The notes beneath the pieces were generated by a model. That model did not search any database and was not told the DNA's origin. It saw nothing but the letters and a program-made list of their open reading frames with translations. This document shows positions 9,439-19,378 of a stretch of DNA of 32,000 nucleotides, piece after piece (the first letter of the stretch is position 1; each line of letters begins with the position of its first letter). Made by a program: the position numbers and the translations under genes. The stretch comes from Candidatus Saccharimonadota bacterium (GTDB lineage: Archaea > Nanobdellota > Nanobdellia > Pacearchaeales > GW2011-AR1), in contig BPGA01000001.1 in NCBI GenBank assembly GCA_026002795.1, positions 60,001-92,000 on the forward strand. Direction: 5' to 3'.

Positions 9439-12031
9439 TTTCTTCTGCTTTTTTTAAAATTTTTTGTAAATGAAGCTCATGCATTCTTTTTAAAAAAGCC
9501 TGTTTATCTTCTATTCTTATCAAATCAGAGTGTCCTTGCAAAATTAGATTTAATGCAAAAGGAGAAGGAATTTCTGTATCTAAAATTTTAACTTTTATTT
9601 TTCCTTTTTCTATCCAGCTTATAACTTTTTTAGCATTTTCAAGATCCATTAAATCTTCCAAGACTTCTCTTCTTGCTTCTCTTAAAATTGGAAACTCTTT
9701 GCTTATTTTCTTTACTGTTGAAAATAAAAAATGAGATTTTAGTTGTTGCCTTCCAACTGATTTTGATTTTCCTTTGTAACTTCTTAAAATCATTAAAGCT
9801 CTTACAGCACAATGTCTAAATCTTCTTACTAAAACATCTGTTCTCTCTATTGCTTCTTTTAAAATTTCCTCTATATTTTTTTCATTAATTTCTTTTAAAG
9901 CTCTATTTATCATCATTTTTTCTCCTGAAATATAAAATCCATTATCTGAAATTCCTATTTCAATATCTCTACCTCCTAAAAGTCCTATAACATAACCAAA
10001 AGCTCTTGAAAGTGCATCATTAACACGTCTTCCATAAAGAGAGTGAAAAATAAGATATTTTTTTCCTTGATCATTAAATTTTTCAATAAGAAAAAGATTT
10101 TCATGTGGAATTTCTAAGAAAGAGTGTTGTTCTAAAAAATAATTGTAAATTGCTTCTGCTGTTTCTTTAGGAACATAAAGATAACTTTTTATAAAATTAA
10201 GTATTTTCTCTTTTGAATGGCCTAATTCAAGTTTTTTTCTCATAAGTTTTCTAAATTTATTAATTTCAAGAGCCGAGTCAAAGCTTAAAGGCAACATTTC
10301 AGAAAACCAAGAAGGAATTGTTGGATTTCTTTTTATTTCAGGTGTAACATAAAGATTCATTCCTCTCGTGTATCTGTAAAGATATTTTTTTCCACCTAAA
10401 ACAAAAACATCTCCTTGTTTCATTCTTGAAAGAAAGGTTTCGTCGATAACTCCTATAAATTCATCTGATCCTGCAATTTTCACGTTAATGTAAGATTCTT
10501 CAGGAATTGTACCAAGATTTGTAAGGTAAATAACTCTTGCGAGCTTTCCTCTTTTTCCAATTTGTTTCGTTTTTGGATCATACCAAATTTTTCCGTAGAC
10601 ATGGTTTTTTTCTAAAGAATACTCTCCAGAAAGATAACTTATAACATCAAGAAAATCTTTCCTTGTTAGTTCATGGTAACAATAACTTTTTTTAATTAAG
10701 TTAAAAAGCTCTTCTTCGTGCCATACTTTATGTATAGCCATACCAAAAATTTGCTGAGATAAAACATCTAAACAGTTCTTAGGAAATTTTATTTTGTTTA
10801 TTTTTCTTTCAGTTATTTCTTTTTGGATTATACAACATTCAACAAGATCATCTCTATCTAAAACAATAAATCTTCCTTTTGGAATTTCGTGAAGTTTGTG
10901 GCCAGATCTTCCAATTCTTTGCAATGCCCTAGAACTACTTTTAGGAGAGCCAAGCATTATAACTAAGTCGATATAACCTATATCAATCCCAAGTTCTAGA
11001 CTAGTTGAACAAACCACAACTTTAAGTTTTCCTTGTCTAAGCTTTTCCTCTATTTCAAATCTGTGTTTTTTACTTAAAGAAGAATGATGTGCTGCAATAT
11101 CCTCTTCTCCTATTTCTGTCGGAAATTTTTCTTTTAAAAAATTAACAACTCTTTCTGTTGCTGATCTTGTGTTTGTAAAGATAAGAGTTGTTTTGTGTTG
11201 TTTTACGAGTTTATAGATAAGCTCATACATTTTATGGTGAATTTCTTCATCTTCAATAATATTTTTTACAGGAGTTAAAACCTCAACATCTATTTTTTTA
11301 TTAAGAACGACTCTTGCAATTTCTATTTTTCTTGAATTGTCAATTCCTACTAAAAACAAAGCAACTTCTTCCATTGGTTCTATTGTCGCGCTTAAACCTA
11401 TTTTAACTGGCCATTGAGAGGAAATTTCATTAAGTCTTTCTAAAGTTAAACTTAAATGAGCTCCTCTTTTATTGTCAAGCGAATGAATTTCATCGACAAT
11501 ACAAAATTCTACAGAATTCATGTGCTTAACAAAATTTTTTGAAGAAAGAATTATTGCTAGAGATTCTGGAGTTGTTATAAGAATATGTGGAGGATTTTTT
11601 AGCATTTTAGTTCTTTCAGAAGGAGTTGTGTCTCCTGTTCTTAGTCCTACTCTAATTTTTTGAAGTTTTACCCCTTTTTTTTCTGCAATTTCCTCTATTT
11701 CTTTTAGTGGTTCTATAAGATTTTTGTGAATGTCATTGCTAAGAGCTTTTAAAGGAGAGGTATAAACTGCATAAACTTTATCTTCAAGTTTTTGTTTTTC
11801 AGCAAGATGAACAAGATAATTTAAAATAGAAAGAAAAGCAGTTAGTGTTTTTGTTCCGCCTGTTTCAGCTGAAATTAAGATGTTCTTTCTTTCCCAGATA
11901 GGTAAAACTCCGTATTTTTGTGTAAGAGAGAATTCTTTAAATTTTGAAAAAAACCACTCTTTAACAATTGGGTGAAGTATTTTTTTTATTTCTTCAGCAT
12001 TTCTCTCTCTTGCTTTTAAGATTTTTGTCAT
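9431..12031 (-). CDS. lhr: Lhr-like ATP-dependent DEAD/DEAH-box helicase
   Basis: 866 aa. Motif I AETGGTKT, motif II VDEIH, SAT, and motif VI QRIGRSGH, plus a long C-terminal Lhr/DEAD-associated region. Confidence 0.85.
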   Translation of the reverse strand: MTKILKARERNAEEIKKILHPIVKEWFFSKFKEFSLTQKYGVLPIWERKNILISAETGGTKTLTAFLSILNYLVHLAEKQKLEDKVYAVYTSPLKALSNDIHKNLIEPLKEIEEIAEKKGVKLQKIRVGLRTGDTTPSERTKMLKNPPHILITTPESLAIILSSKNFVKHMNSVEFCIVDEIHSLDNKRGAHLSLTLERLNEISSQWPVKIGLSATIEPMEEVALFLVGIDNSRKIEIARVVLNKKIDVEVLTPVKNIIEDEEIHHKMYELIYKLVKQHKTTLIFTNTRSATERVVNFLKEKFPTEIGEEDIAAHHSSLSKKHRFEIEEKLRQGKLKVVVCSTSLELGIDIGYIDLVIMLGSPKSSSRALQRIGRSGHKLHEIPKGRFIVLDRDDLVECCIIQKEITERKINKIKFPKNCLDVLSQQIFGMAIHKVWHEEELFNLIKKSYCYHELTRKDFLDVISYLSGEYSLEKNHVYGKIWYDPKTKQIGKRGKLARVIYLTNLGTIPEESYINVKIAGSDEFIGVIDETFLSRMKQGDVFVLGGKKYLYRYTRGMNLYVTPEIKRNPTIPSWFSEMLPLSFDSALEINKFRKLMRKKLELGHSKEKILNFIKSYLYVPKETAEAIYNYFLEQHSFLEIPHENLFLIEKFNDQGKKYLIFHSLYGRRVNDALSRAFGYVIGLLGGRDIEIGISDNGFYISGEKMMINRALKEINEKNIEEILKEAIERTDVLVRRFRHCAVRALMILRSYKGKSKSVGRQQLKSHFLFSTVKKISKEFPILREARREVLEDLMDLENAKKVISWIEKGKIKVKILDTEIPSPFALNLILQGHSDLIRIEDKQAFLKRMHELHLQKILKKAEENE

Positions 12032-12151
12032 AATAAATTTTAGTGTTTTGATTTATAAAGGTTTTAGATTAAAAATTTCCTTAGTTATTTAGTGCCTTAA
12101 ATAACAACGAAGAAAAAAAAGATTTTTAAACTTAAATTTATTTATTAAAAA

Positions 12152-12673
12152 ATGAGAAAAGGCTTTATCATTGGTTTAGTTGTCGTTTTAGTTGTTTTAG
12201 CTGTTTTAATTGTTTTTTTAACAAGGGGTCCTAGTCCTTCTGAAAAAGAGTTAGGAAATCAGATTTCAGGACCTGGAACAATAATGGCTGGAGAAGAAGT
12301 CGAACAAGGAACAAGCACAAAAGGAGAATCTTCTGGAACATCCTCTGGAACAGATACTGCTAAAAATGTTGTTGAAATTACTCCTTCTGGATTCTCTCCT
12401 AGTGTTCTTACAATAAAAAAAGGAGAGAGAGTAACATGGATTAATAAAGCAGGAAGAGAAAGCTGGCCTGCTTCTGCAATTCATCCTACACATAGAGTTT
12501 ATCCTGGGTCTGACATAAATAAATGTGGAACTTCTGAAGAAAGTTTAATTTTTGATGCGTGCAGAGGAATTCCTCCAGGAGAAAGCTGGAGTTTCACTTT
12601 TAATGAAGTTGGAAGCTGGAAATACCATGATCATTTGCAGGCTTCTGTCACAGGAACAATTGTTGTTGAATAA
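12152..12673 (+). CDS. membrane-anchored cupredoxin-like domain protein
   Basis: N-terminal TM helix and Gly/Ser/Thr linker, then VVEITPSGFSPSVLTIKKGERVTWINK...WKYHDHL...GTIVVE, typical of a cupredoxin beta-sandwich. Metal ligands not verified. Confidence 0.45.
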   Translation: MRKGFIIGLVVVLVVLAVLIVFLTRGPSPSEKELGNQISGPGTIMAGEEVEQGTSTKGESSGTSSGTDTAKNVVEITPSGFSPSVLTIKKGERVTWINKAGRESWPASAIHPTHRVYPGSDINKCGTSEESLIFDACRGIPPGESWSFTFNEVGSWKYHDHLQASVTGTIVVE

Positions 12674-12814
12674 TTTTTTTAGAGTTTTTCATTTGTTTAG
12701 TTTATTTATTTAATTTAGTTTATTTAGTTATTTTTGATTTTTAATGAGAAGATTTAAATAATAAAAAACTAGTAAATAATAAGAATAATAAATAAGTAAA
12801 AATAAATAATTAAA

Positions 12815-13249
12815 ATGCCTATCTCAAAAAAAATTTCGAGATCAAAAAATTTTTCATTAAGAAAAAATTATGACAAAAATTTTGAAAGGAAAAAAGAAGC
12901 TGTATCTTTTTTTTTAAGAGCAGGGCTTGCTGTTGTATTTTTTTATGCTGCTTTTTCTTCTTTCTTATTTCCTGAAAATTGGATTGGGTTTATACCTTTA
13001 TTTTTAAAAAAAATGTTTTCTCAAGAGATTTTGCTTTTATTGTTTTCTCTTTATGAAATTTTTTTGGGTTTATGGCTTCTCTCAAACAAAAAAACCTTTT
13101 ATGCTGCATTTTTTTCTGCAATAACAATGTTTTTAATAATTATCTCAAATATAATTTTGTTTGATATTGTTTTTAGGGATATTGCAATAATGTTTATGGC
13201 AATTGCACTTGCTTTTCTCTCAAAAGATGAAAGAGGTGGTAGTGGTTAG
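12815..13249 (+). CDS. DoxX-like integral membrane protein
   Basis: Four predicted TM segments. FLRAGLAVVFFYAAFSSFLFPENW resembles the DoxX N-terminal pattern. Confidence 0.4.
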   Translation: MPISKKISRSKNFSLRKNYDKNFERKKEAVSFFLRAGLAVVFFYAAFSSFLFPENWIGFIPLFLKKMFSQEILLLLFSLYEIFLGLWLLSNKKTFYAAFFSAITMFLIIISNIILFDIVFRDIAIMFMAIALAFLSKDERGGSG

Positions 13250-13401
13250 AATGTTTATCTTTAGAATAAGTTTATGTTTTGGTTGATTTTGTTTTTAATA
13301 TAAAAAATTTAAAAACATTTAAGGAAAGATAATTAAAGATAATCAAGAGGAATGATAATTAAATTGATAATAAAAAACAAGAAGAAAAAATAAAAGTAAA
13401 G

Positions 13402-13818
13402 ATGACAGAGTTTATTGTTACTTTAATTGTACTTGCGTTTTTAGGCATAATTGATAGTATTTTTTTAATTTATAAAAACACAAAAAAAGAAGCTGTTGTT
13501 TGCCCTGTGGGGGAGCCTGAAGGTTGTAGCGCTGTTCTTGAAAGCAAATACAGCAAAATTTTTTTTGTAAAAAATGAAATTCTTGGTTTATTGTATTATG
13601 TTTTTGTTTTTTTATTAGGGATTTTTTTGTACTTTAAATTTTCAAGTATTTTTTCTTTTTCAATTGAAAGGATTTTATTTTTTATATCATTAATTGCTTT
13701 AATTTTTTCTAGTTTTCTTTTTTATATACAAGTCAAAAAAATAAAGAAATATTGTTTTTATTGTATTATTTCTGCATTAATTAGTTTGTTAATTTTTTTG
13801 AATGTGCTAATTCTGTAA
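13402..13818 (+). CDS. vitamin K epoxide reductase (VKOR) family protein
   Basis: Multi-TM protein with a loop cysteine pair (VCPVGEPEGCSAVLESKYS) and a CxxC inside a TM helix (CFYCIISAL), which is the VKOR signature arrangement. Confidence 0.6.
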   Translation: MTEFIVTLIVLAFLGIIDSIFLIYKNTKKEAVVCPVGEPEGCSAVLESKYSKIFFVKNEILGLLYYVFVFLLGIFLYFKFSSIFSFSIERILFFISLIALIFSSFLFYIQVKKIKKYCFYCIISALISLLIFLNVLIL

Positions 13819-13937
13819 AAATTTTGTTTTTTATAAAAATTTTCAATTTTTAAATTTCGCATAATCAAAATCTTGTAATCACCTTTTGATAAGTAGAAAT
13901 GTTTAAATATCATTTAGTTTTGAATAAAAAGTTAAAT

Positions 13938-13982
13938 ACAATTTGTGCTAATGAAAAAATATAAAAAGTACAATATATTGTA
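13938..13982. promoter_or_regulatory. candidate tandem NrdR boxes upstream of nrdR
   Basis: Perfect 14-bp palindrome TACAATATATTGTA at 13969..13982, 7 nt before the nrdR ATG. A weaker ACAA-T-TTGT palindrome lies at 13938..13946. Their centres are about 33 bp apart, close to the ~3-helical-turn tandem spacing I recall for NrdR boxes. Confidence 0.5.
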
Positions 13983-13988
13983 TGTTTT

Positions 13989-14423
13989 ATGAATTGTATT
14001 TATTGTGGTGGAAAAACAAGAGTAACAAATAAAAGAGACTCCCTGAATGGTGTAAGAAGAAGGCGTGAATGTTTAAAGTGTAAAAAGAGGTTTACAACAA
14101 TTGAAAGGGTTGCAGAAGTTAGACTTTATGTTATAAAAAAAGATGGTAGAAGAGAAAAGTTTTCCAGAGAGAAGCTTGAGGTTGGAATTGAAAGGGCTTT
14201 TGAAAAAAGGCCTGTTCCTCAAGAAAAAATTCAAAAAATGATAAATGAAGTTGAAAAACAACTTATAGAAAGAGGAAAAAATGAGGTCAAAAGTTCAGTT
14301 ATAGGAGAGCTTATCATGAAAAAAATGAAAAAAATTGATCATGTTGCTTATATAAGGTTTGCGTCTGTTTATCGTGAGTTTAAGGATGTTAAAGATTTTA
14401 AAAAGCTAATAAAAGAGGTTTAA
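13989..14423 (+). CDS. nrdR: transcriptional repressor NrdR (zinc ribbon + ATP-cone)
   Basis: MNCIYCGGKTRVTNKRD...RRRRECLKCKKRFTTIERV zinc ribbon, followed by an ATP-cone (VIKKDGRREKFSREKL...). Confidence 0.9.
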   Translation: MNCIYCGGKTRVTNKRDSLNGVRRRRECLKCKKRFTTIERVAEVRLYVIKKDGRREKFSREKLEVGIERAFEKRPVPQEKIQKMINEVEKQLIERGKNEVKSSVIGELIMKKMKKIDHVAYIRFASVYREFKDVKDFKKLIKEV

Positions 14424-14429
14424 GAAATT

Positions 14430-14446
14430 ACACGAGATTAATGTGT
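14430..14446. promoter_or_regulatory. NrdR-box-like palindrome upstream of the RNR gene
   Basis: ACAC-N9-GTGT (ACACGAGATTAATGTGT) lies 94 nt upstream of the nrdJ start. It is one nt longer than the 16-bp consensus, so this call is tentative. Confidence 0.35.
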
Positions 14447-14539
14447 TATCATAAAAAATTATTAAAAATTATTAAAAAAATGGGTAAAAAACTTAAAAGA
14501 GAAAAAGAGAGTAAAAATTTTTAATTTTTAAAGAATAAG

Positions 14540-17170
14540 ATGGCAACTGTATTAAAACTTGAAGAAAGAATAAAACAAGAGACAAAATTCCCTGATTATG
14601 TAGGAAAAGGAAAATTTATTGAATCTCTAACTGAAAACCAAATTTATGCTCTTGAAAAAAAATATTTGTTAAGAGATGATTCTGGAGAGATTTGTGAAAC
14701 GCCAGCAGAAGCTGTTTACAGAATAGCAAGAACAATGGCAGAAGTTGAAAGAAAATATGGAGCGAGTAATGAAGAAATTGATTTTTTTACAAAACAATTT
14801 TATGAACTAATTGCAAATGGTTATTTTTCTCCTGCTGGAAGAGTTTGGACTAATGCCGGAACAGAGATTAAAGCTCTTTTTAATTGTTATGTTCTTCCTG
14901 TTGAAGATAGTATGGATTTAGAAGATGATGGAAATATTTTTATGGCTGTTGCAAAAGCAGCAATAGTTCATAAAAATGGTGGTGGAACAGGATATAATTT
15001 TTCTGAATTAAGGCCAAGAGGCTCTTATGTAAGAAAATCAAAAGGAATTGCTTCTGGTCCAGTATCTTTTATAGAGCAATTTGATAAAGAAACAGAAATC
15101 ATTAATTCTGGAAATAGAAGAGGAGCTAACATGGGAATTCTTGATGTTACGCATCCTGATATTTTAGATTTTATTTATGCAAAATCAGTAAAAGGTAAAT
15201 TAACTAACTTCAATGTATCAGTAGGAGCAACTGATGATTTTATGAGGGCTGTTGAAAATAATGGATTTTATAATTTAGAGTTTCCTAAAGGAAATCCTTT
15301 CAAATACACTGATTTAGAAAGAATCATAAAAAATATAGAAGAGAATAAAATTGGAGGAGCTGAAGTAGGAAGCTCTCCTGAACCTTGTTCTTTAAAGATT
15401 GATTTGTCTGAAGGAAAAGTTATTCCTGGAAAAACAAAAGTTATTGACAGCTACTCTGGAAAAATTGCTGGAAAAGTTGATGAAAACGGAAATATTCAGT
15501 TATCTGCTAATTATGTAATGAATCTTATTGCAGAGCTTGCTCATAAAACAGGAGATCCTGGAATGATTTTTTTAGATACAATCAATAAAGACAATCCTTT
15601 ACCAAAAAAAGGACCAATAAGAGCAACTAATCCATGTGGAGAACAGCCATTGCATCCTTATGATGCGTGCAATCTTGGAAGTGTTATTCTTTCAAATATG
15701 ATAAGAGAAGAGAATGGAAAAAAGGATATTGATTGGAAAAGACTTGAAGAAACTGTAAGAATAGCTACTCGTTTCATGGATAATGTTAATGATGCAAACA
15801 GAGGCCCTTTGCCTGAAATAGAAAGAACTGTTTTAAGTCATAGAAGAATTGGGCTTGGTGTTATGGGTTGGGCAGACATGCTAGCAGAACTTGGAATTCC
15901 TTATGATTCTGAAAAAGCAAGAGAGCTTGCAAAGCAGATTATGGGTTTTATAACAGAAACCGCAAAAAAAACTTCTGTTGAACTAGCAAAAGAAAAAGGT
16001 GTTTTTCCTGCTTTTGAAGAAAGTATTTACAATGATGGAAATCCTGAAAATAGAGTAAGAAATGTTGAAAGAACAACAATTGCTCCAACAGGAACAATCT
16101 CAATGGTTTACAATGTAAGCAGTGGAATTGAGCCTCTTTTTGCAGTAACTTACAGAAAGAATATTAGAGGAGGAGATAGTTTGGTTTATGTTGTTCCTTC
16201 TTTTTTAAGAGAGGCAGAGAAAAGAGGGCTTAATGTTGAAAGTCTGATTCCGCTGATTGAAGCTAATCGCGGAAGTATTCAAGTAATTGAAGGAATTCCA
16301 GAAGATTTAAAAGAAATTTTCAAAACATCTCATGATTTGTCTTATGAGGCACATATCCTTATGCAAGCAGCTTTTCAAGAAAAAACAGATAATGCTGTAA
16401 GTAAAACAATAAACATGAAAAAAGAAGCTAGTGTTGAAGATGTTAAAAATGCTTATATGCTTGCATGGAAAACAGGATGTAAGGGTATAACTGTTTATAG
16501 AGATGGAAGTAAAGAAGTTCAGGTTTTAGAGGTAGGATCAAAAAAAACAAAAGAAAATGGCCTTGAGAAAAAAGTAGGAACAATAGAGAATCCTTTAAAA
16601 ATACCTGGAGTTGCTCCTGCAATAAAAATAAAACAAAGAACTCCTTTGGGAAATATGCATGTAAGCATAATAATAGATCCAAAAAGAGATTATGCTCCTA
16701 TAGAGACTTTTGGAAGTTTAGGAAATGCTGGAGGAACAGAAGCAGCAGATATTGAAGCAGTAGGAAGATTAACTTCTATGTGGCTTAGATCAGGCGGGCC
16801 TATAGAAAAAATAATTGAACAGCTAAAGAATATTGGTTCTGGTGTTGCAACTGTATCTAGAGATGGAGAAATTCAATCTTTACCAATGGCTTTTGCAAGA
16901 GCTCTTCAAAAATATCAAATACTTAGAGAAATTGGAAAAATAGAGGATCTCTTGCTTGGAAAAGTTGATCTCGAGGAAATTGACAGAGAGGTTTCTGATT
17001 TTCTAAGAAAAGGTAAGATTAAGTTTAACAATGAAGAAAATAACAATTCAAACACAGCTTTTGTTGAGAAGTTAGATTACATTAAAGAGAAGTGTCCTGA
17101 TTGTGGAAATATGATTGTTTTTGAAGAAGGCTGTAAAAAATGTTATTCATGTGGGTTTTCAAAGTGTTAA
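14540..17170 (+). CDS. nrdJ: class II (adenosylcobalamin-dependent) ribonucleoside reductase
   Basis: 876 aa. Active-site NPCGEQPL and TIAPTGTIS motifs, plus a C-terminal Cys-rich tail [25 protein letters not shown]. No intein-sized insertion. Confidence 0.9.
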   Translation: MATVLKLEERIKQETKFPDYVGKGKFIESLTENQIYALEKKYLLRDDSGEICETPAEAVYRIARTMAEVERKYGASNEEIDFFTKQFYELIANGYFSPAGRVWTNAGTEIKALFNCYVLPVEDSMDLEDDGNIFMAVAKAAIVHKNGGGTGYNFSELRPRGSYVRKSKGIASGPVSFIEQFDKETEIINSGNRRGANMGILDVTHPDILDFIYAKSVKGKLTNFNVSVGATDDFMRAVENNGFYNLEFPKGNPFKYTDLERIIKNIEENKIGGAEVGSSPEPCSLKIDLSEGKVIPGKTKVIDSYSGKIAGKVDENGNIQLSANYVMNLIAELAHKTGDPGMIFLDTINKDNPLPKKGPIRATNPCGEQPLHPYDACNLGSVILSNMIREENGKKDIDWKRLEETVRIATRFMDNVNDANRGPLPEIERTVLSHRRIGLGVMGWADMLAELGIPYDSEKARELAKQIMGFITETAKKTSVELAKEKGVFPAFEESIYNDGNPENRVRNVERTTIAPTGTISMVYNVSSGIEPLFAVTYRKNIRGGDSLVYVVPSFLREAEKRGLNVESLIPLIEANRGSIQVIEGIPEDLKEIFKTSHDLSYEAHILMQAAFQEKTDNAVSKTINMKKEASVEDVKNAYMLAWKTGCKGITVYRDGSKEVQVLEVGSKKTKENGLEKKVGTIENPLKIPGVAPAIKIKQRTPLGNMHVSIIIDPKRDYAPIETFGSLGNAGGTEAADIEAVGRLTSMWLRSGGPIEKIIEQLKNIGSGVATVSRDGEIQSLPMAFARALQKYQILREIGKIEDLLLGKVDLEEIDREVSDFLRKGKIKFNNEENNNSNTAFVEKLDYIKEKCPDCGNMIVFEEGCKKCYSCGFSKC

Positions 17171-17313
17171 AAAATAACTGGAAGGAAGGAAAAGAGTAAA
17201 GGAATAAATAGAAAAAATTAACTAGCAAACAATAAGAAAAAGAAAAGAGGAAATGCAATAAATTTTTTCTTAATTTTATAAAGGTTTTTAAATAAGAAAA
17301 AAGTTTAATTTTT

Positions 17314-17643
17314 ATGGTTAAAGAAGAGAATGTTTTTGAAATTGATAATGAAAAAAGTTTTGAAGAGTTTATAAAAAAAGATCTTTCTTTGGTTGATTTT
17401 TTTGCAGATTGGTGCATGCCTTGTATTGTTATGGCTCCAATAATAGAAGAGCTTGCAAAAAAGTTTAAAGGAAAAATAAAATTTGGAAAAATTAATGTTG
17501 ATGAAAATCACAAACTTGCGCAAAAGTTTGGAGTTTATTCCATACCGAATTTTATTCTTTTTAAAGACGGAAAAATTTTAGATAGATTTGTTGGAGCAAC
17601 ATCTTCAGAAGATTTTGAAAAAAGACTAATTAAGTATGTTTAA
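17314..17643 (+). CDS. trxA: thioredoxin
   Basis: 109 aa. Active site WCMPC in the context FFADWCMPC, with a later SIPNFILFKDGK (cis-Pro region). Confidence 0.85.
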   Translation: MVKEENVFEIDNEKSFEEFIKKDLSLVDFFADWCMPCIVMAPIIEELAKKFKGKIKFGKINVDENHKLAQKFGVYSIPNFILFKDGKILDRFVGATSSEDFEKRLIKYV

Positions 17644-17817
17644 AAAAATAAGCGTCTTTAAAAAAATGTTTTTTTGATTTTAAAAATTTCTCTTTATATT
17701 TCTGAAAATTTTAACTAACTATTTCATAAGTTTATTATAGTTTTAAAATGATTATTTATAAATTTAAGAATTTTAGAGGAATTAAAATTTATTTTTATTA
17801 TATATTATGGTATTTTT

Positions 17818-19179
17818 TTATTTTGATTTTTTAGCTGTTATAACTCTAATATCATTTGCATGAGAGTTTGTGAAAATGAAAATTAAGTTATTGCTGTCTT
17901 CTAATAAAACATTAGTAATGTTGACACCAACTTGCGTTATGTATCTTCCGTTTTTAACTTTCATACCAGCTAAAATTTCGTAATCCTGCTCTTCTCCAAA
18001 GTTATAAACAACCTTTTCTTCTAAAGTTGCTGGATTTAACATATATATTTTTGTTGGGCTCACCCAATATAAAATAGGATAGTCCCATAATGGACTACTT
18101 GTATAAAATAGGTTTCCTATTGAATCTACTGCTAAAGAGGTTGGCAAATTAACGCTATCTTTTAAAACCTCAACTTTTTTGTTTGTAACTTTGTAAATTA
18201 CCTCTTTTAACATATCAGAAACATAAAAATCTATTCCTAAAACATTTTTTCCGTTTACAGAGTTTTCAACAATTTTTATTCTTTCATCAGCTAAAAAACC
18301 TCTAGAAAAAAGTCTTAAATCTTCTGTTGTTTTAGGATGTATTTCCTTCTCTGTTGGTAGTTCAAATTCTTGTGTTATTGTTTTTGTTGTAAGATCTATA
18401 GAAATAACTCTTTTTGGTCTTGTTATTGAAAAGTGTGGTATGTAATTAACCATGCTATCTAATTTCGCCCTCGGAGCTTGAGCTGCATAAATTTTTCCAT
18501 CTCTTGCAAAAATCATGTCTGTAATGCCAAATAATTCATTATTCTCCAGAAAAACGCTCGGACCATTCAAATCAATTTTAAAAAGTTTGTTTGAAGTATT
18601 GGCAGAGTAAAAAATACCTTTATTTGTGAATACAATATCTGAGATGTTGCCGATGGGTTGGAGAATACTATCTTGTCTAAGGTTAAAAGTACCGGTGGTA
18701 AAATCTGAGAAATAAGTTGAGAGTGGGAATTCTAGAATTTTATTAAGTGTAGGATTATTTGAGAGAAGGTCAACTGAACCTTGGAAAGAGTGTACTGCTG
18801 GGTTCAAAAATCCTTCTATTCTATTGGTTTCTTTGGAATGTTTAAACAAAGGTCCTGTTGAAAAAAGTGCTGTGTAATTAATTTGAGAAGCGTTTGAAGA
18901 GTTGTTGGTAGTTGAGTAATTATAGTTAGATTGGCCCAAAGTGTTTAGATTGAGATAGCTAGCAAGATTTAAGTTTTCTGTGCCATAAGAAAGACCTCCT
19001 GGATTTTCGAGATTTCGTTGAATTATTCTTTCTTGGACATTTGTTATTGTATATCCTGGGTTAAAATCAGGTTTGTCAGGACCAAAAATAAAATTGCAGC
19101 CAAGAACAAGTGCTGTTAAACCAGTTGTTAATGGTTTTAATGCTCTTGAAAGCGTGTTTTTTGTGTGTGATTTAAGCAT
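17818..19179 (-). CDS. predicted lipoprotein with beta-propeller-like (NHL/SMP-30-like) repeats
   Basis: N-terminal signal with the lipobox-like LVLGC. Recurrent blade-like segments (KGIFYSANTSNKLFKIDL, DGKIYAAQAP, IGNLFYTSSP). The fold assignment is tentative. Confidence 0.5.
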   Translation of the reverse strand: MLKSHTKNTLSRALKPLTTGLTALVLGCNFIFGPDKPDFNPGYTITNVQERIIQRNLENPGGLSYGTENLNLASYLNLNTLGQSNYNYSTTNNSSNASQINYTALFSTGPLFKHSKETNRIEGFLNPAVHSFQGSVDLLSNNPTLNKILEFPLSTYFSDFTTGTFNLRQDSILQPIGNISDIVFTNKGIFYSANTSNKLFKIDLNGPSVFLENNELFGITDMIFARDGKIYAAQAPRAKLDSMVNYIPHFSITRPKRVISIDLTTKTITQEFELPTEKEIHPKTTEDLRLFSRGFLADERIKIVENSVNGKNVLGIDFYVSDMLKEVIYKVTNKKVEVLKDSVNLPTSLAVDSIGNLFYTSSPLWDYPILYWVSPTKIYMLNPATLEEKVVYNFGEEQDYEILAGMKVKNGRYITQVGVNITNVLLEDSNNLIFIFTNSHANDIRVITAKKSK

Positions 19180-19378
19180 TTTAACTATAGATAAATTAGT
19201 TATGTGTAATATTTAAATTTAACTTTTAGGTGAGATGTTAAGTAAACGTTATCTAGTGTAAAGGTTAAGCAAAGGATTCTTCGGTTTAGTAAGCAACCAC
19301 AACATATAATCTAGGTAAATTTGTATATAAGCTTGCTATAAAGTTTTAAAACAAGTTAGCTAACTTTACATCTTATTT

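Noticed and set aside
12680-12815. AT-rich short tandem-like strings (tttagtttattta..., and aaaattattaaaaattattaaaa near 14455..14480)
   Set aside because: These are low-complexity intergenic sequence of the kind expected in a ~30% GC genome. There is no defined repeat unit or dyad structure.
388-17523. Antisense or overlapping ORFs in the housekeeping region: 388..606(+), 1838..2203(+), 6706..7089(-), 7646..7831(-), 12266..12493(-), 14073..14261(-), 16443..16682(-), 17082..17417(-), 17305..17523(-)
   Set aside because: Each lies opposite or across a longer ORF with clear family motifs. They have low-complexity Phe/Leu/Ser/Ile-rich translations typical of antisense frames in AT-rich DNA.
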